Source of the DNA: Mayamaea pseudoterrestris
Lineage: Eukaryota
NCBI GenBank assembly: GCA_027923505.1
Contig: BROI01000038.1
Span: 62,001 to 126,000 of the forward strand
Length of the DNA stretch: 64,000 nucleotides
Reading direction: 5' to 3'
The translations under genes and the position numbers were made by a program. The notes below the pieces were generated by a model. The model was not told the DNA's origin. It made no database searches and saw nothing but the letters and a program-made list of their open reading frames with translations. Shown here piece by piece: positions 44,042-56,561 of the stretch (positions are counted from its first letter, which is position 1; each line of letters starts with the position of its first letter).

Positions 44042-46402
44042 TTAATCGCTTGTCTCCTTTCCTGCGCCAGTCGAACCACCCTTCTCCGAATCATCCTTTA
44101 ATGACGATGACGAACCGCTTTTCTTTGAAAGCAGTCCTCCTCCAGAAATTATCTTCTTAAGCATATGGCTCTTGCTCGCTCCATCGACATGAAACTTGGC
44201 CGCTTTCTCATCGGCGGCAACCATTCCGCTCTCCGTCCGCCTAGCCATTTCAGCCTCGGTTATCGCAGATGCCTTAAAAAGTCGTTCCGTCGCTCCATGC
44301 CACGACAACATGTGCACGTGCTTGTCGGCCAAATACTCCGGTCGATTTAACAAGGCATACTGCAGTTTAGCGACGCAATCATCAATGTCTTCGTAAGCCA
44401 AACAGTTGGGGAACTGGTAAAAGAATTCATTGGAAGGATGCTTGGGCAAGATAACGTACTTGCCCATGGCTAAGGCTTCCGCTGACGTTGTGCAAAGAAC
44501 CTCCGTTGTACTCATATTGAGAAAGATGGTGTGCTCCGGAACGTCTCTCAACAAGCTATGATCCTTAGTTCCCATGAAGCGAGTGGGAAGTGGCGAGCTC
44601 CTCCACTTGTAGCGGGCCCGCAGCGGTACCAGGTTCATGGAAGTGGACTTTTTCACCTTTGGTGTTCTATCCTTCTGACGCTTGCCTCTGTGACCATGGC
44701 TAAAGACCGCCTTGACAGCCGACTCGAGTAGAGTTGCCGTTGCCGCGGCCGTCTCCACTCCGGTGTTAAACGCCTTGCCGGAAGCATCTGTTAAAATCGA
44801 TATCACTGTGTTTTCCTTTTTATCTGCAGTAGCTGTAGCAGCCTTTGTCTCATTCTTTGCTTCCGTGCCCACTTCACCCCGGTCTCCTGCCGTAACATTT
44901 CCTCCGACTTCCGAATCACTAGCATAAGGCGTTTCATCATTGTCGGCGTTGCTCGTTGCGTCACTGTCATCGTCTGTCGAGTCGTGGTTGTGAGTTGGTG
45001 CAGGAGTAAGCAGATTGTCGCCATAAATAATGCTACGCAGCGACGTGGGCTTACCAAAGACGTCGTTTGCTGACACTGGTTCGTATTCAGCCCCTGTACC
45101 CCCGCGACCTTCATCGTCCGAAGTAAGAGGTTCTGCTGTTGGACTGCCCAATCCAGCTTTGCGTCCAAAACATGCGCGTTGAATGGCCGCCTCGTCGTTG
45201 CCCGTCCCATATATGTCCATTTGGAAGTAATCGCCTGTTTCTTCCTTGAAGCGTTCCTGCAGCGCCAGGACGCTGTCAAAACCCTTAGCCCAGATGACCT
45301 TTCCAATAAAGTAAACTGGAGCCAAGGCGTCTACATCACGATCCTTTTCCGGTTTCGGTTCATCCAGAAACTCGGGGCGGACACCGTGAACGTTGCTAGT
45401 GACTTCCTTGTCGCAAAGGGACGGAAGCGTTGCACTGAGACGAATAACCTGGTGGCAATAAGCGCGAACCACTAATGAACTGAGTGAGTTTAACGCTGGT
45501 GCTGTCACGACTGACGCGCCCATGGAGTACTCGCTATAAAAAGAACCATAGAAAGAAAGCGGATTAGATTGTGGTACAGAGAATAACAGGCACTTTCCTT
45601 CCCATTTCCCTAGCTCACCGAATATACTCGGCATAATTGGTATGCAAAATGCCCACCACATGCTGAAACATGTGCGCCCAGCCCAACGAAACCTTCTCGT
45701 CTTCGTCTCCATCAAAATTGGGTACGCGGAACCAGTTCAAATGTCTGTAAAGTAATGGATAACGCAAGCGAGTGAGCGAGAGGGCGAGCATACACTTAAT
45801 CATCCAATCCAGTTTCGTCATGATACGTACTCTGGTTCCTCCAAAATGGCAACATCAGCCTCATCCAATGGAATCAAGCTGCAAATGTCCTGCGTTGGAA
45901 AAATGCTTCCAAACGACTCTGAATAGGATCCTTCGTAGAAGCGAATCCTCAAATTTTCCGCTTCCTTTGGGTCTTTGCAGCAACGATCCTTTGAATACTT
46001 GCGAATATAGTCTTCCTGTTCCTTTGGAGACTCAAATTCTTCGTCGTTGTAGAGCTTTTTGCGATGAGCAGCGTCCGTTAGCCATGGCACCATGAGTGTG
46101 ACATGATCCTTGGGACGTCCTTGCGTTAGCGTTAATGCTCTCAGTAAGGGATTGACTGCCGTTCCGGTTCGCCACGGCAAGGCAGCCGTCGTAACAACCC
46201 AAATGCGACGATTCTTGTCCGAGAGATCGGATTCTTTTGTAATTTTGCTGCTGCTGCTCGTTTCCTCGCCATTGGAATTTTCGTTGGCATCCGACGACTT
46301 GGGTTCAATGTGAATCTCTCCCGACTCTGTCACTTCCAGGTCTTGGACGTCGACGACCATCTCTTCGTCCCTGTCCTTGCTTTCGTCTTTCGTCGTCGTC
46401 AT
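44042..46402 (-). CDS. DGD1: Digalactosyldiacylglycerol synthase; introns 45830-45745 and 45618-45534
   Basis: VTTAALPWRTGTAVNPLLRA, ILEEPE|HLNW, HTNY, YCHQVIRLS, NVHGVR and EVLCTTSAEALAMGK. Confidence 0.93.
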
Positions 46403-46523
46403 GATATAGCGGTCTATCAATTGTGGGAGACTGCCGAAGGAAGGTGCCGTCAAGGATAAAGATGCGAAAGGAAGAGTCGACGATGCAGAAAATTCTTGTC
46501 GTAGCGCGACTAAACATGTACGT

Positions 46524-46600
46524 CACTATTGCCTTGCCGACGCGCTTTTCAATGAAGCTGAATTTCGAATACTGCCCGTATGACGTACTTTTCACTGGCA
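46524..46600 (+). repeat. Degenerate ~2-unit copy of the 42-bp repeat family in the DGD1/IPK1 divergent promoter
   Basis: CACTATTGCCTTG...GACGCGCTTTTCA...TGCCCGTATGACGTACTTTTCACTGGCA, with about the same period. Confidence 0.7.
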
Positions 46601-46651
46601 TGGCAAAATCCTTCGCTCATCAATTGTATCGCAAACAACAACAAGACAAGC

Positions 46652-48268
46652 ATGGAACATGTAGCTTTAAAGGATTGGAGCGCAACTGACTGGACCTATG
46701 CAGGAGAGGGCGGAAAACATGCCTTGTTTGCGTTTCAAGGTGACATGAGTGATGATCGAACCGGCTTTTTACTGCGAGTGAGCAAGTCCGACCTTGCGCA
46801 GTCGGAATGGATTGTCAAGTGCGAACAAGAAACGTCCGACAAAGGCCTGGATGGTCATGGTGATGACAATTGTGTAAAATTCATTCAAGAAATGTTTGCT
46901 TGCAAAATTTCAAAGCATTACATTGACTGTCCGCGGCAAGTTTTGCTCCCCTGGTCGTTTCTACAAAGCCTTCGACGCCAGACGGTGTTTCAGCACGCCA
47001 ACGATATTCCTTCGCGACGAAAGCATGACTGGACCATGCCAAAGCCAGAAATGCAAATGAATGACTTTCCAGCACATGCATCTGGAATGCTTGTTCGTAA
47101 TTACAAGCATTGGACGAGCATTGATGATGGCGACTGCATTGCCGTCGAAATTAAACCCAAGGCTGGATACACGGCATTTTCGCCTCTCGTTGATCCACAG
47201 AGACGTTGCAAGTATCTGAAATCACGATTTGCACTACTGCAGGACCTGTATTGTCAAGGGGTCATCGTCAAGCAGTGGAGCAGCAGCAATAGTACAGTGA
47301 CAAGAAGCAATTACGATCCACTCGATCTCTTTTCCAACAATTATGCACGCATGGAAGCGGCAATACGCGCATTAATGGACAATCCGCAAAACAATCTACG
47401 CATCTGGTGTTGTGGGGGATTTATGATGGGAGTTGGTAATTGCCAGGACGGAAATCACGACGACTCGACACGAAACTGGAACGCCCTGGCTGACTACCTG
47501 CATGTTTCTCCAGATCAAGCACCATCCGCATTAATCAGTGCCTTAACGAGTATCCTTTTGCAAGAGCCATTACTACAACAAATATTAGCTTTTCAACGGC
47601 TTGATGTTATTGATGGAGATGGTGCCGTTCTCCTTTATCAGCGACTGGTACATCTGCTGGACGGGTCGAACGATTCGGCGCACGCTTTGCTCAACGATTA
47701 CTCGTCGAAAGAGATGAAAGATTATCATGTTGACGATATTGAGTACCTCTTGTCGCACTCGCCTGTCAGATCGCCTGCCGACATGAGTCGAATCAATCGC
47801 TTCTGTGAGCACACTGATGGCTTTCGGAGGATGCGTGATTCTTCTACTGCATGCAACAGCTATGCCATCATTCTGGATAAAACTAGAAACGTGGCACTCG
47901 ACATGATCAACTCCTTTGACGTGCATGACTGTCGCTATTTGCTCCAGAATTGGCTACTCTCACTGACAATGTGCGATGTTAGCTTATTCGTGCGATGTCG
48001 ACTCGTGGGCAAGCGCGATTCACTGGTTTCACAGTTGAGCAACGATGAACAATCTGGCCGAGTGCGTAGTGCACCTTTGACCGATACACTTGAGTACGAT
48101 TTGAAGCTTATTGACTGTGACCCAAAGCCTGCTAAAAAATTACAGAAACGGCTAGAGAAGGAAGTAATCTTTAATCGTTTAAAGTATGTTATACCTTACG
48201 TACATGTTGCTCATTGGACTGTCATTTTCATCTTGATGTTCATCGCCGCAAGCTCATTAACAAGATAG
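46652..48268 (+). CDS. IPK1: Inositol-pentakisphosphate 2-kinase
   Basis: YAGEGGKH, VEIKPKAG, YDPLDLFS, PQNNLRIW, TMCDVSL and KLIDCDPK. The 3' end is uncertain because it overlaps RPA2. Confidence 0.85.
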   Translation: MEHVALKDWSATDWTYAGEGGKHALFAFQGDMSDDRTGFLLRVSKSDLAQSEWIVKCEQETSDKGLDGHGDDNCVKFIQEMFACKISKHYIDCPRQVLLPWSFLQSLRRQTVFQHANDIPSRRKHDWTMPKPEMQMNDFPAHASGMLVRNYKHWTSIDDGDCIAVEIKPKAGYTAFSPLVDPQRRCKYLKSRFALLQDLYCQGVIVKQWSSSNSTVTRSNYDPLDLFSNNYARMEAAIRALMDNPQNNLRIWCCGGFMMGVGNCQDGNHDDSTRNWNALADYLHVSPDQAPSALISALTSILLQEPLLQQILAFQRLDVIDGDGAVLLYQRLVHLLDGSNDSAHALLNDYSSKEMKDYHVDDIEYLLSHSPVRSPADMSRINRFCEHTDGFRRMRDSSTACNSYAIILDKTRNVALDMINSFDVHDCRYLLQNWLLSLTMCDVSLFVRCRLVGKRDSLVSQLSNDEQSGRVRSAPLTDTLEYDLKLIDCDPKPAKKLQKRLEKEVIFNRLKYVIPYVHVAHWTVIFILMFIAASSLTR

Positions 48269-51200
48269 CGATACACGTAGGGCAAGACGACAGGTTCAAC
48301 AGCTTCGTCATTTCCTTCGTCGCTATCAGTTATTTTCACGCACTCAGGATTTCGGCAAAACAAGCGAAGCTTTGGCTTATTCATCACATCGCTCGCGCTT
48401 TGCCCCGTAGTTTGGACGGTACTGCGCTGCGTTAACGTCATTAGCATGTCACCACATCGACTGCAAACGTAGGCAACATGCCGATCGCTGCAATTCAGCA
48501 AGCGATCTTGTAGCAAAAATGCAGCACCATGGCTTAGCAGACTATCGCGTTCCATCTCACCCAGCCGAATACCTCCTCCCTTCTTACGACCCTTGATAGG
48601 CTGTCGAGTGAGTTCATTCACTGGTCCCGTTGCGCGTACCTGATACTTGTCGGAAACCATGTGGCGCAAACGCTGGTAAAAGACAACGCCAATATACAAG
48701 TCGGCGTTCATGACACAGCCAGACACTCCACTGTACAATGCCTCGCTGCCGTAGTAGTTATATCCAGCGGCTTGCAATTGCTCGCCGAAGTAATCGACTG
48801 AATTCTTATCACCAGACTCATGAAAAGAGAATGGTGTTGCGTCCTGGTATAAACCATGAAGCGCGCCGCTCTTCCCTGCCATGCTCTCGACAAGCATACC
48901 GATAGTCATTCGAGATGGAAAGGCATGAGGATTAATGATAACATCTGGAGTAATGCCAGACTCGCTGAACGGCATGTCCTCCTGAGGCCAAAGAATACTG
49001 AGAACACCTTTTTGCCCATGCCGACTCGAAAACTTATCACCAATAATTGGGTTTCTTGGATACCGAAGCGTTATTGATACCTTGTTGTCGGCAGCATTCG
49101 CCGCGTCAGTGCCAACGCCGCGAACAGATGCGACGTATGCAGTCTCGCGATCTTTATGTTTGATAATCTTTTCAGCGCCACTGACACTGTCAATCACACA
49201 GCAGATAGAATCACCTTCCTCGAGTCGGTCTCCAATTTGCGGCAAGCCATCCGTTTGCAAATTCTTGTAGTATGGTTCGTCATCCTTCATCTTGTTTGCA
49301 AACATCATTCTTACCTCCCCGCCAACCGAAATGGCTCCAGCATGCCTCGCTTCCTCCTCAAGGTCAACTTGAATGGTCTTGTACATTGATGCATGACCAA
49401 AGCCTCGCTCGTACGATGCCTTGTTTAATATCATTGCATCCTCCATGTCAAAACCGGTGTAGCTTAAGACAGCCACGACAGCGTTGGTACCGTTAGGGTA
49501 CTCGTCCATCTTAAAGTTACCATGCGTGGCTGTCTGGACGATGGGAGCTTGCGGAGTTAAAAGTCGATACAGTTTATTGTCCGGTCGATAAGGGAATGAA
49601 TGGCACGGTGTGCCCATCGTCTGCTTTCCCATCTGGCACTGATACATGTTTCGCGGCGACTGGTTTTGGTCGGAGAATGGAGTCAGATTGGCAATGAGAC
49701 TGAGCATGTTGGTCGGATCAAGCTCTTGATGCGTAGTGATTCCTTCGCGGACGTCTTCGTCCAGGCAAGCAATGTCCATGAAGCCTTGCTCAAGTGGTCC
49801 AATCCATTCAGTCTCGCCTGAAGCTCGCTGTAATACGGGCCGGACCAGTCTCGCCAACGTTGTAAACAGATACAATCCAGGGTACGGAGCGCCTGGATTA
49901 CCTGGCGGAGCAAGTCCAACTTCTAGCGTCGAGGCGACCCCGGATTTGTCGTCAACCTTCAGCTTGCGAAGATGAGCCGCGATTGACTTGCATGCTGTTG
50001 GTGTTGCGGCTCCAATGACCCGACCATCGAGACAAACAGGTATTTGCGTGTGGGATGAAATGGCGCGTCCACTGCCTGGTTGCCCCCCAGTGCCCACCGG
50101 TGCAACTCCAAGTGTTATGAAAAGATTGTCGAGGTTCTCCTTTGACTCGTCTGCATATGCGAGAACCTTGCATGATCGTGAAAGGTGACTCAAAAGACCA
50201 CAAGGGCCACCGTCGGGTGTATGTACAGGACAAAGGAAGCCCCATTGGTCGGGAAGCAACTTCCGAACCGCTGTTGTTTTCATTTCCATGAAGAACTGGC
50301 CACGATGAACGGATCGAAAGTGCGCGACATAACGTAAAAAGTTGAGCTTTTCGGCAACAATCGTATATCCGGAAACCTGCATGAGATCTAGGCCAGTTGT
50401 CGACACAATGTTACCAGTAGAAAGGAAGTGGTGCACCTTCTTGCCGACGCCTCCCGACTGCTTGCCGAATCGATCAACCATCTTTCCCCAGTATCGAGTG
50501 TCATTGATCCTCGTCGAGTTTAGTGCATAATTCTTTCTCAAGTCAGCCTGTAAACCCAGACGCAGATTCGCCAAACATTCTTCAAATTTCTCCTTGACGA
50601 ATGTGCACATCAGATGTCCAGGTAGCAAAATCTCCTGATTCTGAAGCGAGTCAGCGTTATCTATGCCGCAGTCACCCGCTGCAAACGAGTACATCTTTCG
50701 AATCATCATCAACAGCGACTCGAGCTTGTCTTGATAGCGCTGAACGTGAATCATAATGTAGCGGCGGATGACAAAGTGACCAATCTCAATGTCGGAAGTT
50801 GTCTCCGCCTTCTGGCTAATTCTGCGAAATCGACTACCAATGAAAGCAAGACACTCCTCAGGCGTATTCAAAGTGCCGTAACGCGCCCGAGCATCTTGCA
50901 GCAACAAGGCAGCCCGCGCCACGAGAAATGTATTTGACTCGTCGCCTTGTACAATGCGCTTGTATAATTCCTCGTCGGTAATGCCCATTGTTGATCCGCC
51001 GGCTGCAAAATCTGCCGCTGACGTTGACGATTCCAAACCACTCAAAGCTCGAATGAAAATAATAACTGGCACCAATAGCTCTTGCTTACGCGCAACGAAA
51101 CGCATCGTCGCTCCACCAGTGGTCAAGTAGTGCACCGTGTTGGTCACGCTACTCTGATCGCCGTTCCAGCGCGAGCAACGCATGGCGACACCCAAGTCCG

Positions 51201-51976
51201 AGTATGTATTGCCGCGGTTTTTGTAATTGGACCGCTGAATCGCCGTTGGATGATTACGTCGAGGAACCTGCAGCAGTCGAACACATCGCTCAATACCGGA
51301 AACAAGAAAATAACCACCAAATTCATTTGCCTGAGAGTAAAAATGAACGGCAAAGGTGAGTTTTGCATCACTCTCGAGAAAGCATATCAAATAGTGCAAA
51401 GTCCAGAAGGATACCGCAACTTACTTCTTCCTTATTCTTGACAAGACTCTTCGGCGACATTCCCTGCAGATGACATCCAGAACTCATGACCATGATTGGC
51501 ATCATTCCAAAGTTCTTCGCCTGCAGTCGAATCGGTTTGGCCGGCATGGCGTGTCCGTTACGTCGCTGAATAATCTGGTAGCAAAAGTCTGCCGTCATAG
51601 GTGCTGCATACATTAAGCCTCGCTCGCGGCATTCACGTGGCAAGAGTTTGCTCGAATTGCCGCAATTTTGCGGCTTGGATGGCTTGCCAACCTTGACATG
51701 CTCGACCCAAAACTTGAGGACTGTTGATTCATCCCAATCAATCGCAGATGGATTAGAGCGTTGTAAATTAGGATCGAACATATTTAATTCGGCCGGTTCA
51801 ATATCTTTGATGGCTTGTCCTAAGCCATAGTCAAGAAAGTAGTTGAACGATTCAACATGAGGAGCTGCGAGACTACGGTACTTTTCCACGTCGGTTTCGG
51901 ACGGTAAATGGCCGCTACGGAAGGATGGGCATGTCTCTACTGCAGCTCGTTTGCTATTCTTGGTTACTTTGCTCAT
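48211..51976 (-). CDS. RPA2: RNA polymerase I second-largest subunit; intron 51424-51331
   Basis: PHVESFN, GFLCPVHTPDGGPCGL, NQSPRNMYQCQMGKQTMG, GDKFSSRHGQKG, NPHAFPSRMTIG and GEMERD. Confidence 0.97.
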
Positions 51977-52222
51977 TTTTTGATACTAGAACGCAGGTAA
52001 ATATTGCATTGCTGCTGCCAAAGAACATGGCACACATTCGAAACGAATTGTTGGTCATCCAATCTCGTCTGCCCGCTGTCAGTCGTGTCGCTGCGGTTAC
52101 TTTGTGTACCGGTGCGATGTGTCGACGAAGTTGAACACGGAAGATCGCGCGCCAACGTCGGCCAAATCGCAGCTGCCTCGTTTGTTGCCATCTTCCTTGA
52201 TCACCAACAACCAATAAGCACC

Positions 52223-52828
52223 ATGATGAAGACTGCGCTACTCGCTTCTCTCTTGAGCACTACCGCCGCCTTTGCTCCGGCTCAGAATGCCAAGACCGCT
52301 TCGGCATTGACGGCGGAGAAGAGCCCGGCCATGCCATTCCTTCCCTACCCAGAGAACCTGCGAGGATATATTGGAGACGACATTGCGTTTGACCCACTTC
52401 GCATTAGCGACTATTTCCCCATGGACTATTTGCGCGAAAGTGAAATTAAGCATGGACGCATCTGCATGGCTGCCATTGTTGGCTTTATCACGACGGATCT
52501 TGGCATCATTATTCACCCGCTCGGCAAGGGCTTGAGCTCGATTGCGGCGCATGACGTTCTCGCCGAGAAGGGCGTCATGGGAAATGTTTTGCTGTGGATT
52601 GGCATTACCGAGATGGTTTCCTACATTGCTGTTGCGGAAATGCTACAAGGATCCGGCCGAGAGCCAGGATACTTTGGATTTGGCACCAAATTCTTGGAGA
52701 AGAAGAGTGACGCCGAGGTCAAGAAGATCAAGTACCAAGAGATCATGAATGGACGTTTGGCAATGCTTGCCTTTGCTGGAGCCGTCACGCAATCCGTCCT
52801 TTACGAAAAGGGATTCCCATACTTTTAA
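52223..52828 (+). CDS. Fucoxanthin-chlorophyll a/c light-harvesting protein (Lhcr-like)
   Basis: AAFAP leader, SPAMPFL, FDPLR, RESEIKHGRICM and EIMNGRLAMLAF. Confidence 0.95.
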   Translation: MMKTALLASLLSTTAAFAPAQNAKTASALTAEKSPAMPFLPYPENLRGYIGDDIAFDPLRISDYFPMDYLRESEIKHGRICMAAIVGFITTDLGIIIHPLGKGLSSIAAHDVLAEKGVMGNVLLWIGITEMVSYIAVAEMLQGSGREPGYFGFGTKFLEKKSDAEVKKIKYQEIMNGRLAMLAFAGAVTQSVLYEKGFPYF

Positions 52829-53081
52829 GGCGCAAGAATTTGTTGACATAATAAGATAGCAGCGATAGCTCATGCGTTTGTCTTACATGTACATACAGCT
52901 ATTTGAATGCGTAGTCAATGACGAAGCAACGAGGCGTATATGGGTTGAAAGACATAAGAGTAGATATTTCGTAGTATAGCTAACAAAATGTTAAGGGACT
53001 GTTCGTGTAACAAGAGTCATGCAGTCTTTCTATTTACGATAGCAGAAAACTATGGTCGTTTACTTCGCAAAAGCACTACCT

Positions 53082-54011
53082 TTACACGTATGGGAAAGGG
53101 CCTTGGGTCAAAACGGCTTGGGTAACCTGCAATGATCAAGGGAGCAATTGACAAGTTGTGAGCGTACTGTCAATCAATCATATCTTTTAACTCGCAAGAG
53201 CGCGACCGCAAAATTGCCAACGTACCATTCCCGAAAAGGCAAGCATGGCCAATCTTCCGTTAGTCAGTTCCTTTAATTCCATTTCTTCCTTCTTCTCCTT
53301 GGAGGCACCCTTAAGGAAACCGACCGGGTCGAATCCGAAGTAACCTGGTGCACGACCAGATCCTTGCAGCATTTCGACGACAGCGATAGAGCTAATGACT
53401 TCTGCCAAACTGACCCAGAGTAGAATTTGTCCCATGGCTCCCTGTTGGACAAGAGCATCATGCGCCGTAACCGATGTCAAGCCATCGTATGCCTCGGGCA
53501 CAGGGTAGACTCGAAGACCACAGTCAACGGCAGCAAAACCAGCAACGGCCAACATGGCTTGGCGAGAGTGTTTTAGCTCTGCCTCGCGAAGGAAATCCAT
53601 GGGAAGAAAATCCGAGAAGCGAAGAGGATCAAATCCAGCATCACCGACGTATCCAGCGAGGTTGGGCGGGTACTCCAAAAAGGGAAGTGCTTGACTTGCA
53701 ACGTACTTTGGTGCAGCCGGAGCAGCTGGTTCCGCTGGTGCTTCAACGGCGGCAGCGGCATCCTCGAACAATTTTGAGGTAGCTCGTCCTGTATAATTGC
53801 AAGACGAATAAATGATAAGACTACTACTTATACCCTCTCAATTGAAACACGGCGAATAGTTTCTGGTGGCAGTGGAAGACTATCAATCTATCAACGCAAT
53901 AAATTGCAGCAGCATTTTCCATAGAAATGGTCCCCACGTAGACATACCATTAGATGATGGTGCAAAGGCCGCAGCCGATGCTACAAGTGACGCGTAAAGG
54001 GCAATCTTCAT
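53082..54011 (-). CDS. Fucoxanthin-chlorophyll a/c light-harvesting protein (Lhcr-like); introns 53947-53789 and 53225-53127
   Basis: AAAFAP leader, SQALPFL, GFDPLR, REAELKH and ELTNGRLAMLAFSGM|VTQAVLTQGPFPYV*. Confidence 0.95.
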
Positions 54012-54201
54012 GGTTACTTGGTCCAAGTCGCAGCAACTGCACGTAGCGGCGTGAGGCGAGCGCCAAGCGCGCACACGCAGGAAGACCGCGATCTTGGAGA
54101 TTCAACTTGCATCGCGGCGGAAAATTTCGATTTGGTGGCTGAGCTTTTTCATTACCGGTAGGACCCCATTCAAGCCACTTTTCTGTCGCGCCAAAATCAC
54201 C

Positions 54202-55166
54202 ATGGCGTGCCGCCGCTCATTCAAGTCCATGACACTGCACAAATGCTCGCTCTGTTGCCTCCTTCTTCTCCATAATACAATCGCCTGGGTGAATCAACAA
54301 CCCACAAGGTTTGTGGCTTCCCAAACAGCCAGAATGGCCTCGAAAAGTAACTCGGGCGAACAGCATCATTCATCCGATTTATCCAATGCCACCGAGTCTA
54401 GCACTACGGACAGCATACGAATTCTTGGTGTCGGAGGAGGAATAGGATCCGGAAAAAGCACAGCATGCAAACTACTTGCGAATGAACTTGGTTGTATGGC
54501 GCATATTGGTACGTATCGGAGCAGTTTTACTCGTAGCTATCTGGACTTCTGGAGCAATTTGAATGATCTCATTCATCGTGTTAATCTCTACTACCGGTAG
54601 ACGCCGACGCGGTTGCTCATACAGTCTACCAGCCCGGCAGCCAATGCATACGCGATATAGCCAAACAGTTCGACTCCGGCATTGTTCAGGAGAATGGTGA
54701 GATTGATCGCAAGAAGCTTGGCTCTATTGTATTTTCTGATCGCGGAGAAATGAAGAAGCTGGAAGCCATTGTCTGGCCGCACACCAAGGGCGCGATTTTG
54801 AGGGAAATCGAAACAATCAAGTCAGAGAAAGGAAACGGCAGGGCGCAATGTAAATACCCAGTTATTGTCGTGGAGGCGGCCATGCTTTTGGATGCAGATT
54901 GGAACGATTTCTTAAATGGTCTTTGGATTGTCACGACGCATGCCGATAATGCACTAAAACGTCTAATGGAGACGCGAAATCTCTCTCAGGAGGAAGCGCA
55001 GAAACGAATAGACGCCCAAGTAACTCGCCGCGGTGTTTGCAATTTAGCGGAAGAGATTGACCGTGGCTTAGTGTCGGCAGTGATTGAAAACAACGGCGAC
55101 ACGAAAAAGCTGCTAAACACGTTAGCTATCAAACTAGAGGATAAAGATTCATGGTATAAACTGTAA
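54202..55166 (+). CDS. coaE: Dephospho-CoA kinase, organelle-targeted; intron 54509-54600
   Basis: GVGGGIGSGKST, ID|ADAVAH, IDRKKLGSIVF, LEAIVWP and VVEAAML. Confidence 0.9.
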
Positions 55167-56158
55167 TTACAATATAACAAGTCAGATCTTTTTACATGGC
55201 TGGGAATGCAATTTGATCTGGATGGAGTGGAAGGCACCTTGGCCAGTCTCATTTTCTGTGTCACGCCAATCGAAAGCTAGTTTTGAGCAAGCGTGCTTCA
55301 TTTCCAGTGAATCTGGTGATTGTCTCTTGAAAAAGTCGCACCATGTTAACGGTGTCAAGATGGCTTTGGCATGTGTCGGCAACAATAATTTGTGTGCGTC
55401 GATTGTCGAATAAATGTGGCGTCCTTTGACACATGATAGCCTGAACATGTGTGCAGGCAGTAGTGACTATATATAGATTGTTTATATTGTATTCAAATGG
55501 TTTGTTACGATATGGAACGAGCTATTTATTCAGAGTGGTGAATGGCGAATCGCACCACCTTACGTCCGTCGCGCTTATAGGCGACACGTCCGGTTTATCG
55601 AAACCCTCGGCAGACTCAGCAACTAATGGTACAGTATCATCTTTTGTTTGTTTGTGAATAAAACTCCATGTGACATCCACTGGTTCATGCGTGGAGTGAA
55701 TAGTGAATCATAGTCTTCGTCGCAGGGTCTCGCAGAGTGCAGAAACAAACCTTGGACTTTGGCTTAAAGAAGGGCGATCTAATCAAGAGCAAGAAGCTTT
55801 CCAATTCTTTACTTCATTCTCGACACGCAATATAGTCACGAGGTTTATTCGAAGATCCATTGAACTTAAACGAATGGTGAATGAGCAACGTTGGACCTTC
55901 TGACGCTTGACGTTGGCTGATGACGACGAGCAAAGCGACGTAGTAGCTTAACAATTTTTATCCTTCGCTTATCATTAATGGATCAGCTACAAATGACAGA
56001 AACCTAGCCGTGCAGATTGTAGATAGTGTGATAAAAGTCTTACTGTCAAGGAGCAATGGCGGAAAGTTATGCGTCGCGAAACCAAGCAGTGGATGCCCAG
56101 CACCGCAGCGGCGACAGAGCTGAGAACCGGTACGATTATGTGATGCACTCTTTGGATC

Positions 56159-56370
56159 ACAGTGCCAAAAACTTTGATTTTCAAAGTTTTTGGACTACAC
56201 TTTGTCTTACAGTGCCAATAACTTTGATTTTCATTGACATTTTGTGAGTACACTAAGCCGTATAGTGCCAATAACTTTGATTTTCATTGACTTTTATGCC
56301 TACTCTTTGTCTTACAGTGACAATAACTTTGATTTTCATTGACATTTTGTAGGTACACTTTCTATTACAG
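56159..56370. repeat. Tandem array, 4 x 50-53 bp, core AGTGCCAATAACTTTGATTTTCATTGAC
   Basis: Cores start at 56161, 56211, 56264 and 56316, separated by more variable but related linkers. Confidence 0.92.
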
Positions 56371-56561
56371 CTATAGCACCTTTCATGATATTCGTCGTGA
56401 ATAGATGTACTGTAAACGCTACAGTCACTTGTGAGGCAGCGCAACAAAGTCGACCATGAAGATCCTGTGCCTCCAGCAATTCTACTCAACAGTCTCGTCG
56501 TCTCTCGGTAGTTCAATACAACCTTTCAATCCATTAATCGCTTGCAAATCATCAATCTGAC

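Noticed and set aside
56159..56370. CRISPR array
   Set aside because: Linkers are related to each other (ABAB), the context is eukaryotic and there are no cas genes; better explained as a minisatellite.
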